Shown here in pieces: positions 1 to 13,544 of a stretch of DNA of 64,000 nt (position 1 is the first letter of the stretch; every line of letters begins with the position of its first letter). The notes under the pieces were generated by a model. It was not told where the DNA came from, ran no database searches, and was given only the letters and a program-made list of their open reading frames with translations. Location of the stretch: positions 2,356,001 to 2,420,000 of the forward strand of contig JBNJNM010000011.1 in NCBI GenBank assembly GCA_052426225.1, written 5' to 3'. This DNA comes from Zancudomyces culisetae HAW-14-8 (taxonomy: Eukaryota; Fungi; Kickxellomycota). The position numbers were made by a program, and so were the translations under genes.

Positions 1-1556
1 CTGAAATGTATTGTCAGCAATTAGGAAATCCCCCAACCAGGCTACCCTTCCACGACTTGCCGTCATCCTAAACAATACCTCTATCTTCTTGCAAACATTT
101 TTGGGTACTCTTTGTCCTTTGCTATACTCTTGTCACAGCATTTTTACCCCAAACCAGTCGTGCTCTTCATCTGAACGTGTTTTGAATCAGAGCCTCGAAA
201 TAACGATAAAACAGAAAAAAAACTTCATGTGTATATCTCGTAGTACTGAAACTCAAGGTGTTTTCTCTCGTAATGGTACACACCCACCTTACGCAAGCAC
301 ATCACAACCTTGCTCATAGAATTATGTGTTTCAACCATTAAACCATTAAACCATTGTGCTTTATCTGCTTTCTTTTTTTTTATCTTGATGCACTGGTTGA
401 AAAATGTGTAAAACTCTATATTTACATTCACATGCGCTGCTTCGTAAATCTATCTGAATCAAACTTGAAAATTTCACTTCAAGATACGTAATAGTTACAA
501 AATAAAACAAAATCAAACGAATAACTATAGGAATGCAGCACAAACCAGCACAAATTGCTACCAAAAATAGTTTGGAATAACTTTTTCACATGTAAGATGT
601 TTTGAATGATAAGAAATTTCATCAAGCTTATCCTTTTAATTTCATTCAAAAATTCACAATCAAACTTTAGGTTAGAAGTAGTCTGTACATAGGCTGGTAC
701 TGCACATCAATATGATTATCTCTGTTTTTGGGGTTTTAAGGAACCACCTCTATGTTATTTGTAAGTTGTTACTAATTGCAGGGTAGCCATGGACAGGTGT
801 TGTGACTAACTGGCAAACACTAATGCAAAAAAAAAGAGCAAAGTATTTCTTATTTCGTATCCTGTCATCATCCGCATGTATTTTAGTAGCGCAACATCAT
901 TTAACAACTATGTACTCGTAATTTAGTACCAGGAGAAGCACTTTAGTACCGCTATTATTTTCATGACTATAGCTCTGCCATGGATAAGAGCCAAGCTACA
1001 GCTACATATCTATGCTCGTACCAACTTCAGGGATGTCGATAGAGCACAGGATACTTTAGAACAACAACTTTTCCAAAAGTAGAAAGGCACATCGTCACTA
1101 TTATCATTTCGACGAATCCACCTCAGATGCCAGTCATATAACGATGAAAAACTAAACTAATTATTTTGTACGAATATTTAGCCAAGACACTATCGTTCAT
1201 CGCGTAACGAACTAGAGACCGCTCAAGCTTTAGGAAACATTTTTCAATGCAAGCTGCTTTAAAACCCTAGCCTTTGTACCCCACTCCCTCACAGACACTG
1301 CTTGAAGTTTTACGCACGGCATTAATTCAACTTCTTTAACAGATCTCCGTTTTAATATAACTTAATATACTCTGCAAAAAACATGTAAATAAGGTTTATT
1401 GGCATACTTTACTAAATATGAAGTAACTCTAGGTATTTTGGTGATTATAAAGGGAATATCCGGGTGCAAAGATTAAAAAAAATGCCGGTAGCGGGAATCA
1501 GCGCGTGTATAATTTCTTTCCTTGCTCTTATAAAGAAAACAGGCACGATTGTATAA

Positions 1557-2348
1557 TTAAAAGTTTACAGAGAACGAGTTATTTGAGCCTAAAGGTGCTA
1601 TGTTGCCATTATCACCTCGTTTTGCAACAACCACAGGTACTTCATCTACACCAGTGTTCTCCGGGTTTATAATATTTAGCGTGCCGAAATCAGTGGTAGT
1701 TGGTGGTAATGTCGACACAAATGATTCAGCTGGAAGAGGGGTTGATCCCGAAGTGTTATCTGTCTCTAGAGGTATTGACGTAACTATGTCCCCTTGGGTT
1801 TCTTCAGAGGCAAGCAGGACGGTATCTGCAAGTGTAGAAATCACGCTAAAACTAAAGACTGGTGATGTAGTTAAAAACACAGTATTACGTTCTGTTAACA
1901 CCCCACTAGATATTGTCTGAGTAACGAGGACAAAATTTGGTCGTCGAATTGGTACTCTTATGGTTGAAACAGTAGGAAAAGTAGTCACAGTTACTTCTTG
2001 TGATGGGGTTGGTGCTGCTATGATTGCGGCGCTGTTAGTGGTGGTCACAGTTACGGTTTGTGGTTGAGCTGGTGTTGGTGCTGTTATGGTTGCGGCGCTA
2101 TTGGTGGTGGTCACAGTTACGGTTTGTGGTTGAGCTGGGGTTGGTGCAGTTATGGTTGCGATACTGATGATGGTGGTCACAGTCACTTGTTGTGGTGGAG
2201 GACCTGGTGCAGTTATGGTTGAAATGCTGGTGATAGTAGTCACAGTTAATCCTTGTGGTTGGGCTGGTACTGCTGGTATAATTGCTGCAGTATTAGTAGT
2301 AGTCACTGTCACTGTTTGTGGTTGGACTGGTGCTGCTGCTGGAACTGG

Positions 2349-2386
<38 letters not shown>

Positions 2387-3431
2387 GTATAATTGCGGCA
2401 CTATTAGTAGTAGTCACTGTTTGTGGTTGGACTGGTGCTGTTGCTGGAACTGGTGCTGCTGCTGCTGGTGGTGGTATAATTGCGGCACTATTAGTAGTAG
2501 TCACTGTCACTGTTTGTGGTTGGACTGGTGCTGGTGGTGCTGGTGGTGCTGGTGGTGCTGGTGGTGCTGGTGGTGCTGGTGGTGCTGGTGGTATGGTTGT
2601 GATGCCGGGGGTGGTAGTCACAGTTACGGTTTGTGGTCGACTTGGTGCTGGTGGTGCTGGTGGTGCTGATGGTGCTGATGTTGCTGGTATGGTTGTGATG
2701 CCGGGGGTGGTAGTCATAGTTACCGTTTTCAAGGTGTATACGGATGAGATATTAACCAAGGGAATGCAAACAGCATTGTTGCTTGTAGGGAATGCATTGA
2801 GATTATCGACATTGGTTAACATAAAAACAGGGCTAGAAGACATCTGTACAATTTGTGATGCTGGCGCGGGAGCGTTTATTGGCACAGCTTGAACTACCGC
2901 TTGTGGGAGTACAGCAGTGACCGTTAAAGTGTTAATAACTGGTGTAATGCCTTGTAGTTGAACTTGTGGTTGAACTTGTATTTGAGCTTGTGGTTGAGGT
3001 TGTGTGACAATGGAAACGACTGTACTTATAACTGGTGGTATACTTTGTGTTATAGTCTCTGTAACAGTTGGTGGGGATGCAGGGTTTTGGTCAGGAGCAG
3101 TCCCTACAGGCACTTCGTTACCTAGAATCATGCTATTAGTTTCAGCCACTGGTGGAACAGGTGCGGGTGCAGGAGTTACTGTTTCGGTGGCTACCTGCCC
3201 AGCAGTAAACTCTGTGCCTCCGAATAAACTAAAAATATTCTGCTTTGTGACAACAATTGTTGTAATCTGCGTCTGCGTAGTTGAAACTGATGGTCTTATT
3301 GGGGAAGATATTGTGGTTGACTTTGTTGTGCTGACTGTCACTACTACGGTTACAGCAGCTGCTCTGAATGCAGCCAAGATGATCAGAAAGGCTATACATA
3401 TGCATTTAATCATCTTTATGTTTGCTTGCAA
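1557..3431 (-). CDS. Secreted Thr/Pro/Ala/Val-rich tandem-repeat protein (mucin/adhesin-like cell-surface protein), 624 aa
   Basis: Single ORF with signal-peptide-like N-terminus (MIKCICIAFLIILAAFRAAA), about 8-10 repeats of (P)QPQTVTVTTT(N/P)SAAII, and (PPA)n and poly-A tracts. No recognisable catalytic domain. Confidence 0.8.
2349..2381. repeat. (TGC)11 microsatellite encoding poly-Ala in the mucin-like gene
   Basis: Read directly; matches PPAAAAAAAAAAAP in the minus-strand protein. Confidence 0.9.
2526..2592. repeat. 9-bp tandem repeat (TGGTGCTGG) x~7 encoding (PPA)n
   Basis: Read directly. Confidence 0.9.
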
Positions 3432-4850
3432 TTAATTTCTTCTAGTTGGGTTTTATGGTAATTTCTTATATTTATCCGTATTCATGTATTTGTTCTCGGT
3501 TTTTGAGATTTTTATATTTTGGGTTGTTTTTTATGGTTATATTGCTTATGTTTGTATAAATAATGATCTAACTATGCGCGAATATTGCATATTAATTTTA
3601 AAGAGAAATATTCTGATATCGGACGGTGGTAAAGGACTGCAAATAAATAACATTTGACATTAAACGCAAAGTTATGCACCCATACATTATTTAGTTGTTA
3701 GCATTATAAAGACATGCACCTTTGTGGATTTACAATAATTAAGAGCTTAATACTTCATTAGGTAAACCAACTTTTAGTTTTTCTGGGGGAGGTCTTGCTG
3801 ATTGTACACTTGATGAAAGAAAAAGTATTAAACTAAATTTATGTTTCACTAGCAGCTGTCTACAACCAATATATGGAGTGGTTTGTTTTTACTACTCTAC
3901 CATCATTTTTAAAGCCAGAAACATAATTTTTTATTGGATTTGCCTGAAATAACAATCCGAAACACCAATTTTGAATGTCTCGGTGAAATTGAGATTTAAT
4001 ATCACTTATTTTATTAAAGATGGCACACATGCTTTTGAAGCAAATGAGCGGTGGTGCCCTGCTAAGCCCTATAATTTATTGTTACTCTTATTGGCATTGG
4101 CTTGAGAAACTACAACTATAAATCTAAGTTTAGAAAGGTGTGTATAATACGATTTCTTTAGGCACAAAGTTGTGTTGAAAAGTTCAAGAATTCTCTGCAT
4201 GCTACATACCGTATACTGGCCCATTATACTTTATATTCATTGGTACAAGTGTACTGTAAAACTCGGCTGTGTATTCACAATAATACGCACATAGGTATAT
4301 TTTTTAATCTTTTTGAAACACACTGTTGAGTCTAAAAGAACCTTATACATCCAGATGTATAATCATAGCTGGTCTAGCTAGGGGGGAGGGAGCGTCGGGA
4401 TTCCGTTCGAGTTCATACAGCTAGGTACAAGCGGCAGAATCACAAATAGATGTACAATTTAGCTAGCAATCGACAATATAGAAAGCTGGTGCAATATAGA
4501 TCGCCAGTAGTAACATTACTACTTGGTACCTGTATACTAACTTTTAGCTTGTTGAATCCTACATTGCTCTTTTTTCTCTGCAACTTTAGCTCGTTTTACC
4601 ACATATTCCGTTTATTTTTGGCCCAAATAAAATCAGAGTTTTTATTTTTTGAAAAATTCTATGACGAATATAATTGGGCGTGTAGATAAAAGAAACTAGC
4701 ATTTTGTGCTCTATGAACAGATGAAAAAAAAATAATAAACAAAAAAAATATCAAAAGGGGGGATAATATTGAAGATAATACTTTTTTGAAATAAAACTAG
4801 AATTTAGCTTCGAATTTTTCGTTAAAAATCTTCAACTTATTTTAGAAAAC

Positions 4851-5849
4851 ATGTATATCGCGAAGAGATTGACAGCCATAAGAAATAGCGCCCTGCTGGT
4901 TTCTAGATTCTCCACAACCAAATTAAGATCAAGTGATCATGTTTTTGTGGTAAGTAATTCTTGGTCGTAATTGTGAAGTAAAAGTAATTAAAATGTCAGT
5001 TACACGACTACTTATAAATAAATATATTACTAGCATCGTGACACACCAATCAATAACGAAAATGTAAAATTCGAGTTCGATAAAAAGAACCTTCCAGAGG
5101 TTCAAAAGATTCTAGCCAAATACCCAGAAAATTATAAAAAGGGTGCAATAATTCCGTTGCTCCATTTGGCACAAAAGCAACACGGCTGGACCTCTCTAGG
5201 TGTTATGAATCATGTTGCAGGAATCGTTGATGTCCCACCTATGCGGGTATATGAAGTTGCGACATTCTACACTATGTTTAATAGGTTTGTCTTTTTCTTC
5301 AAATCTCACCTTTTCTGTCTCTGGCGCATTTTTGAAGATGAATGTTATAATTTTTTGTTTTTATGAAATAGAGAGCCAGTAGGAAAATATTTTTTGCAGG
5401 TATGTGGAACAACACCATGCCAATTGTGCGGTTCAGACAACATCTTTAAGACGGTTGAAAAACATCTCGGTATAAAGAAAGGCGAAACTACAAAAGACAA
5501 GCTATTCACTTTGGTGGAGGTGGAATGTGCTGGTGCATGTGTAAATGCACCTGTAATGGCTATCAACGACGATTACTATGTAATGCTCCACTCAAATTCA
5601 AATGATTTTATAAAGGTTTTTGTTTTTTTATTTTCTTGCACCCATAGTTATTACAACTACATAATTTTATAACATTAGGAGGATTTGACACCAGAACTTA
5701 CTGTAAAGGTTTTGGATTCATTCAAGTCAGGAAAACCACTCCCACCAGGTCCCCAGGGTACTAGAAGAACATGCGAGCCAGCAGGAGGCCTAACAACATT
5801 GAAATCGGAACCTCCTGGTCCAGGATTCATGGTTAGAAGTGACCTATAA
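4851..5849 (+). CDS. NDUFV2: NADH:ubiquinone oxidoreductase 24-kDa (2Fe-2S) subunit, mitochondrial; exons 4851-4949, 5034-5284, 5372-5579, 5679-5849
   Basis: Spliced by hand via GT-AG introns: Arg/Ser-rich presequence, then VFV|[56 protein letters not shown] and [11 protein letters not shown] (2Fe-2S ligands), ending [10 protein letters not shown]. Confidence 0.96.
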
Positions 5850-6299
5850 TGCATACATTACCTGTAGCATTTACTCCCTAAAACAATCTTTTTTTAATCA
5901 TTTTCTTGACCATTTAGCCGATATATATTGTGCTTCCATGTTTAGGTTTATGTTTTTTTAAACAAATACGCGGCCTAGTATTCAAATAAAGAACATTATA
6001 AGTGCATAATAGGGAATATTTCTTAAACTTCAATTACCAACGATGCGATTCCCCGGTCGAAAACATATATTCGCAGAATTTGTATATGCTGTTACTAAAT
6101 ACAATATACATGCTGTTGTATCCCACTTTGGTGTATGTTGTGAGAATAAATTGGTTCGCTTCTTTGAAACTAATAAAGGGCTGTTATTAGATAATAATTG
6201 CGCATGGCGTACAAAAATTAAAACTACTGTGAGTATGACTATCCTTTCAAAAGTTCACAATGAATATAGTGAATTTTTTGGAACGAATGATGGCCCCTA

Positions 6300-6720
6300 G
6301 GTTTAAGTCTTATCAAATAGAGAGGACATTTAGTAGTGCAAGGCACCTAAACTTTTATAAAAATATTGGCCATGTGATGTGTGCCATGTGTGGTTACCTG
6401 TATTGCTATTCTCAAAAGTATCACCTCTATGGCCGTTGTTCCTGTTCCACAGACTATATAGTTTACCAGTAAGTATATCCAAAGCTATAAAAAAGAGGCT
6501 ATTTTTGTAGCTGGCCACTTTCTGAACTTAAAAAACTAGACATCTGTAAACCCAATCGCAAATTCCTTTTAATGAAAATATGAGGCTTATAGCTATCTGG
6601 TACGATTTGTTTAGATACTTCACAACCATAATGAGCATCTCTTTGGTTGTTAATGGAGTGTATATACCCATACCATCTGCGGTCCAAGCATACAAATATG
6701 AGGTTTTTTACATAAGCCCT
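6300..6720 (+). pseudogene. Decayed fragment resembling the C-terminal part of an anoctamin/TMEM16 (Ist2-like) membrane protein
   Basis: GY + 2-nt shift + VLLFSKVSPLWPLFLF (6392-6447) has the spacing of the anoctamin motif FGYVxLFxxxxPLAPLF. IAIWYDLF (6589-6612) resembles the IGxW motif. A GTAAGT donor at 6469 and in-frame stops lie between. Confidence 0.4.
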
Positions 6721-7311
6721 AAACAGAAACAGAAACTAAAACAAAAACAAAAACAAAAGTGGACTTCAATCCAATATGCACCTTCAGATCATGGTATGCT
6801 TTGCATCCATTTATTAATTTATGATAATATTCCAACTAACCACAGCCTTTTGTATTGTTGTGAGAAAAATAGTAGCAAAAAAATTATCAATGGCTCTCAT
6901 CAGGAAAAGCGCACAGCTAAACGTCGCTGCATCTAGAAAGTATGGGTCAGAATCGAGTGAGAATAGATCATACAACGCACGCCGACTCCAACAGAATACA
7001 GCATTCAGTTTTGGTTCTGGAAAGCGTACCAGATCCTTGGATTATGGAATTTGCAAAAACAAGGTTTTGCTTTATGCACAGAAACATGTCGATAAAGTCA
7101 CGGAGTCTATACTACAGGCTGTAGTGTTTAATACCCAAGGCCACCTTAGCGCAACAATTGTCGAAAATAACCCAAAGCTATTGATAAAACTTATTTATGA
7201 CGCGGTTAAAGATGTATTTATTTCTTCAACTTGTCTTCATGGTAAGGCTGGTCTCTTTTTAAAAAATAAAAACAAAAAAGTTCGGATTTAGAGCATAGCC
7301 ATAAAACCCAA

Positions 7312-7327
7312 CCCCCCCCCCCCCCCC
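7312..7327. repeat. C16 homopolymer run
   Basis: Read directly; stands out in an AT-rich background. Confidence 0.9.
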
Positions 7328-8160
7328 ACACAAGTCATGTTGTTCTTCTGAACTGGGCTAGCGCTGGTGGAATAAAATGTTATTTCGGAAAAGCATCTGC
7401 GAACTCTGACCTCCATTTCTTATGTCACTTATTTCTGGCCTGTGTGAACGATACTATTGCAAGTAGCTAACAAAATGTATCACCACACACCTGACACTAT
7501 CTGATTTACATTCACCAGAAATAAAATAGGCGAATACCTAATATCTTGTGTACTGAAAAGGTTTGTTTGTGCTTTCAAGCAATGTGGGAATTTTCGAACA
7601 TAACCAATGTTTTAGCTTACTAATCAGCAAATGCTAAGCATGAACCATAAAATCAGTTAGCGGCTATTTTTTAATCCCCTCAAAAGTTGGTCAATAAAAC
7701 AATGGCATGTTCAAAAATAAATGAGATAAAAAACGAAAATAATACGAATTTTCAGTTAGCCTGTAATGCTATTGGGCGGTTTCTGGAAAGGGATAAACAT
7801 GATGGCGTTTCATTGCTTCTTCAGCCCTTTTGTTAAATTGTTTTTAGAACATTTCTTTTTCCGTGATTTTTTGTTAATTTTGCCAATTTAAGACGAATAG
7901 GTGTAATGGAAATGATTATTAATTGACGGAGTTATGGAGAACCGAAACAAAAGCAAATTGAAAAAAAAAGAATGCAAAAGAAAATGCAAAGAGGGTAGAT
8001 AATGACAACAAAAAGAACAACAACAATAATGAAAAAAAGCATATATAGCTCCCTTTGGACTGTATCGTATCAGAATTTATCTCCAGTAGTAACATCAAAC
8101 TCGATTGCAAGAAAAAAAAACAAAAAAAGAAGCCAAAGCAGAATCCTATTATTGTAAACC

Positions 8161-9339
8161 ATGGAAAGTGTAAATAGAAATTTTTCGCCCGAGAAACAGG
8201 GACTCTCGACTGTAGCTGTCCACGTCGGATCAGAACCAGATCCCAGCACTGGGGCTGTTATTCCAGCTCTTTCTCTATCCACCACATACAAGCAAAAGGA
8301 GCTTGGTGTGTTCAAGTACGAGTACTCTCGGAGTAACAATCCTAACCGGGAAAACTTCGAAAAATGTATTGCAGCAATGGAGAGAGGAAAACATGGGTTT
8401 GCTTATGCCTCAGGATCTGCTGCTACTGCAAACATCATAGCTTCTCTGGAAAAAGGTTCACACGTGATTAGTATAAATGATGTTTATGGAGGAACGTATA
8501 GATACTTTACAAAGATATGCCCACAGTTTGACATTGACTCTGAATTTATTGAGCTGGTTGATCCAGAGGCATTGAAGGCAAAGCTTAGAAAAAATACAAA
8601 ACTTGTGTGGATTGAATCGCCGACAAATCCAACACTAAGGGTGACAGATATCAAGCGTATTTCAGAAATTGCACACGAGTATGGTGTAAAAGTGGTTGTG
8701 GACAACACTTTTATGTCTCCTGCCTTTCAAACACCATTGGAACTAGGTGCTGATATTGTAGTACACTCGGTCACGAAATACATCAACGGACACTCTGATG
8801 TAGTGATGGGCGTTGCTGTAACAAGTTGTGATATTATTGCTGAAAAGCTTAGGTTTTTGCAAAACTCTATAGGTGCAGTCCCAAGTCCGTTCGACTGTTA
8901 TCAAGCTCATCGTGGTCTCAAAACCCTGGTTTTACGGATGAAACAACACGAAAAGAACGCACTCGCTATTGCCAATGTACTTGCGAAATCTCCTTATGTT
9001 GAGTCTGTCAATTATCCTGGACTACCATCACATCCACAGCACGAACTTTCTAAACGTCAGATGCGTGGATTCGGTGGTATGCTCTCCTTTTATATTAAGG
9101 GTGATGTAAACACCTCAAAAAAGTTTTTGCATAGTACTAAATACTTTGCCCTTGCTGAGAGTCTTGGTGGAGTGGAGAGTTTGGCAGAGCTACCAAGTCT
9201 GATGACACATGGATCGGTCAGTGCTGAGGATCGCCAAAAACTTGGGATAACAGACACACTCATTCGCATGTCTTGTGGAATTGAGGATACCGAGGATCTT
9301 ATTGAGGATGTACTACAAGCTCTTGAAAATTCTCAATAA
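8161..9339 (+). CDS. CYS3: Cystathionine gamma-lyase (Cys/Met metabolism PLP-dependent enzyme), 392 aa
   Basis: YEYSRSNNPNR, DVYGGT, WIESPTNP, VDNTF, HSVTKYINGHSDV (PLP lysine), AESLGGVESL, MTH motifs. Confidence 0.96.
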   Translation: MESVNRNFSPEKQGLSTVAVHVGSEPDPSTGAVIPALSLSTTYKQKELGVFKYEYSRSNNPNRENFEKCIAAMERGKHGFAYASGSAATANIIASLEKGSHVISINDVYGGTYRYFTKICPQFDIDSEFIELVDPEALKAKLRKNTKLVWIESPTNPTLRVTDIKRISEIAHEYGVKVVVDNTFMSPAFQTPLELGADIVVHSVTKYINGHSDVVMGVAVTSCDIIAEKLRFLQNSIGAVPSPFDCYQAHRGLKTLVLRMKQHEKNALAIANVLAKSPYVESVNYPGLPSHPQHELSKRQMRGFGGMLSFYIKGDVNTSKKFLHSTKYFALAESLGGVESLAELPSLMTHGSVSAEDRQKLGITDTLIRMSCGIEDTEDLIEDVLQALENSQ

Positions 9340-12300
9340 TTGGTTAGCAAATTTAAATTATTTATCTTTTCCTTATTTTATGTGATATTAGCTGTAATAA
9401 ACCATGCTGACTTTATGAACTGACTTTTTGCAACTAGCGTATATATGAAATGCACACGCCCCAAGTATCTCGGTTCGACCACTACTCTACTCTCTCTGGT
9501 GGCAATATCCTGCTAAAAACGACAAATGCGTTTGTGGTTGGTTGTTGTTTTTTGTCACTCCCTTGGACCAGACCTGGGAGCTGGTCATACTGAAATAAAT
9601 TATGAGTTGTACCCATTATCTGTAAATGAAAAAAAGTATCTATATACATTTATTAGAAACTACTTGTCTACTAGGGGCTACGAAACGCCGTCTGTTATTT
9701 TGTCGATATTACTTAAAATTTACACTAAAAACGAATAAACAGGTTTTGTGCCTCTAAGTTCATTTTTTAAAAAAAAGAGATTAACTGTTTGCCCTCTCTC
9801 TCCCCCTACCCTACATGTATTTGCAATTGTACAATGATTGATCCTCCTCCTTTTCTCCGTCAAAGACAATGTATGGGTAGTCTCGTTCTCTAGAGTTTTT
9901 ATAGTATAAATGTACAACGCTTCCAACAGCTGAAATATCTAACTCTGGTTTTGGTTTGATCATAGCAAAAAAAAGAAACACAACATAGCATATACTATAT
10001 TTTAGCCTTTGTATCGCTGAGAGATAGCTACAAGATGATGATCGTGCTTTCTAAGTTTGACTTCTCTTATTTGTAGAAAAGAACTCGATTCTAACTGTCA
10101 ACTCTTATGCAAGAGCAGTGGATTACTAAAATAAAAAGCTTTGTAAGTGTAAAATTCCAGCTAGTTCCTTTTGTATTAAAAATTGTATCGATAAATATTA
10201 TGTGTGCAGCTCCTTAACTGTTAATCGTGTTTAGCACTTGTTCGCATCGCTTTGATTGCGAATAACTTGAATGTTTTTACTTTCTTTTTGGCACTATATG
10301 AAAAAACAGGTATACTATATTAGCATAATTAGCTCATCAACAAAATATCAAATTAAATTAGCTCAAATGACTCTTGTATACTAAGAGACACCATACACTT
10401 GCTTGAAGGCAAAATAATTCATTGTGACGTCGGTCTTGTTCTACGCAAGTTACAGAACACGCTGCTCCTAGTAATATCTGAATATTCTGGTGCTTACCTT
10501 TTTATTTTATTTCGATGCAGTGAATCGAATGGTATACTAATGCTAATAAATATGCTATTTTCAAACAAATGCACTAAATGACTCAAATAAACTCTACAGT
10601 AATCGTGATTAAAAAAATTAAGGTGACAAATGTCAGGTACATAAATAAACTCTCCGCTTCGCTCTTACGAATTCTAGGCTGGAATCTGACGCAATGATTA
10701 AGTACGAATATAGTAATGTCCGTTTATGCATAATGTCACCAATTAATAGTAATAGCGAGACAAGGTATTAGCTTGAATATTGGATATGTTATTATTTGGT
10801 GCACTCAACACCACATTTATTCCGCAGGCATTTTATTTTCTTTGAAGATAACAAGGGTAGCCAGAAATTGTGATTAATGACATACATGCAAAAATCGCAT
10901 TGGCTACCTTTAGAAAAGCTGATATCTACTGTCAATCCGTAAATGCGGGGCATCTTACATGAGCTGTTCAGTTTCTCTTTTTTTTTTGGTTCAACATGCG
11001 TGAGTTGGTTTGTGTTTTTCAATTTTAGGTTTTTCGAGTTACACTGGATGTATTCAGGTAACTAAGCAAAAAAAGAGGATGTATTTACCAAATGACCGCA
11101 TCTACTGATTAAATTACGCAACTGAAACGCGATTTGCCGGTCGAATAACAAAGTTTTTTTTCGATTTACAAACGAAACATTGGAAGTGTTTGAAAGGGAT
11201 TCAACTCTAGCTACTATTTTCCGCTTTGAAAAGTCAGGATATATTAACACCTAGCCAGTTAAGAGCGGTCTCACTAGAAACAGCTAAGGGTAAGGTGTGA
11301 ATAATATATTTATACTTTTAACCATCTCACTATCACTATCACTCCCCCCTTTCTTTTCACCAGAGAAGTCTTGCACTGTATTTCGAAGCTTGTAGTATGA
11401 TGGAATAGCAAATGGATAGAGAGCACGAGACAAAATGGCAAATTTTTTATGTACTAGAATTATATCACTTTGCCATTACTCTAGCCCTCTGGCCTGTGTT
11501 TTTCTTGAATATTACGCTTTGGATATTCAAATTACAAAGTCAGAGCAATGCATTACGTTAGTGCAGCTAGTTTGCTTGACATAAAAGATACTTGGAGTAT
11601 TTGTGATATGCTGCAAAAGTCCTTTACAAAAAAAATTTCCCGTCATTAAATGTGTTGCAGTGTAATGAATAATCAGTTGACCCTCCAGGTCGTAGCGAAC
11701 AATGACCACATTACATCTTTTATTTGCATGAGGTGCTAGAATGGGAAATCACGAAATTTATGACATTATCTTGTAAGTAGTGAGGATGACAAATACATGT
11801 TCCAGAAGTCAGGATTGGCTATGCATATAGAACATGCGATAAGAAAAGTTTTTTCTACCAACGGATCACTTTTATCATTGGCTCTTCTGATGTCCGTGTA
11901 TTGGGTACATATGGATTAAAATGATATATTATCTGGGCTTTTGTAATTAATACAAACATTTAATCTCAGTACTAAATCTATTCTGAAAAATTAGTGGTAA
12001 ACATTTTTTTGTTACCTTATTACAGACGATCCTAATGGCTTTCCTGGAAAAACTCTGTTTTCACATATCCGAAACATACGTTTAACTAACGAAATAAGTA
12101 TACCTTAGTGCAACATGGGATGAAATCCAGATAGTAACAGTATAGCTGTGTTTTATATTGCTATTTTTATTTTGAACTGGTAGGTTTGAAGTTCAAATCG
12201 AGGTCTAAAACCCCAGTTCATTTTTTGATTAATTTTTGGTGCATGTGTCAACACAGTTTGTGATATTTTATTCATATTTTTGGGACAAAAACGTCCCGGT

Positions 12301-13544
12301 AATAATGAAAAAAAGCTTCTTTGATAAAAATCCTCAGCAGGACCTGTTTATGTATGACACCATCACCCAGTTGAAATAGTTCCAGAAAATATACTCAGGA
12401 TTAGATAATGATTATAATCGTTACAAATAAGAAACAGTCCCAGAACAGATGCTCCTTGCAAGATGCATCAAAAAAAAATTTCCTGTGTAATATATGCTTG
12501 AATCGAAGATGCGCCACGTCATATATAAAAAACTCGCCTCATTTATGATACATTAAAAATAATAGGGCCGATACACCCTATTGTACTTTATTATACGGTC
12601 ATAACTTGTAACATATCATCACAGATGGTGGCTGCTTAGTCATTTTGATATGGTAGATCCACCTTTACATGCTAAAAATCAAAGCAAGTAAGGTAGGAGT
12701 GAAAACGTGCAAGCGTTTAATTGCTTTTATAAAAATTGTGTGTATCCTGAAATAATTTACAAAAAAACGCTCCTTGAAAGGTAGTAGAGATTAGCATTCT
12801 TTAAAATAAAAAGATCCAATGGGTGGGGCAGGGTGCGGAAAGCACCTACAGGCTTTCATCCAAAATCAAATAAAGAATATGGGTATATCCAGTTATTACA
12901 GCATAAAGGTGTGACATTTTTCTAAACTTTAAGTGCTTGAAATTTCCTTTTTTGAAACGAGAGGATGATGTTCCAATATTTGGGCATTTCTTGGAAAACT
13001 AGGCTAAATATGTATATCCAACAAACTTACAAAAAGATAAAAAACCAAGATTAGCTTGTTGCTACATTAATCACAGAAAGGCTCGAATTAGGAAAAAAAA
13101 AGTATGTTTTTTGACTCACCACTGATAAAACTTTCTGGTATAAATGGCTTTTTAAACATAAATCACCAGCTATAGTGGGAGTTGGTGTATGTGGTCTTAA
13201 CACTGCACTTTGTATCTTATTAAATACACACTCACGCCTTCTCTTTTTGGCGTTTGCAAAATATGTTTGTAATTGGTTGAAAAATAATATGGTTAGTTTA
13301 TTGGCTAAATCAATTTAGACTAAGGTTTGAACTAGCACGCAAAAAAAAAAAAATCGCGAAATCTGGGCTTCAAAGAAAAACAAAAACAAAAACAAAAAAC
13401 ATTAAACTAAATGGTTCATTAAATGGACAATTGCGTTTCAAAAGTATCTACAAGTATAATATTACCACCTACTTGAATTTCCTGAAATTAGCACAACTTT
13501 GAACTATTAGAATTTATTGAGTATATTTGCATATTTATTCGAAA

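Noticed and set aside
11-564. Short ORFs on both strands at the window start
   Set aside because: No recognisable motif or consistent splice model; possibly decayed sequence, but unsupported.
1600-3435. Plus-strand ORFs including a striking Cys/Trp-rich 138-aa ORF (2253-2669)
   Set aside because: Antisense shadows of the repeat-rich minus-strand gene; the Cys/Trp runs come from (TGC)/(TGG) microsatellites.
4380-4420. GTTCGA T-loop-like motif as a possible tRNA
   Set aside because: No acceptor stem, D-arm or anticodon arm could be folded around it.
6310-6345. ERTFSSA resembling the hAT transposase dimerisation motif
   Set aside because: No other hAT features or terminal inverted repeats; adjacent sequence fits an anoctamin-like remnant better.
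11400-11850. Stop-ridden minus-strand text faintly like the GPCR TM3 region (KDFC...FEYPKRNI)
   Set aside because: Too few identities to distinguish from chance.
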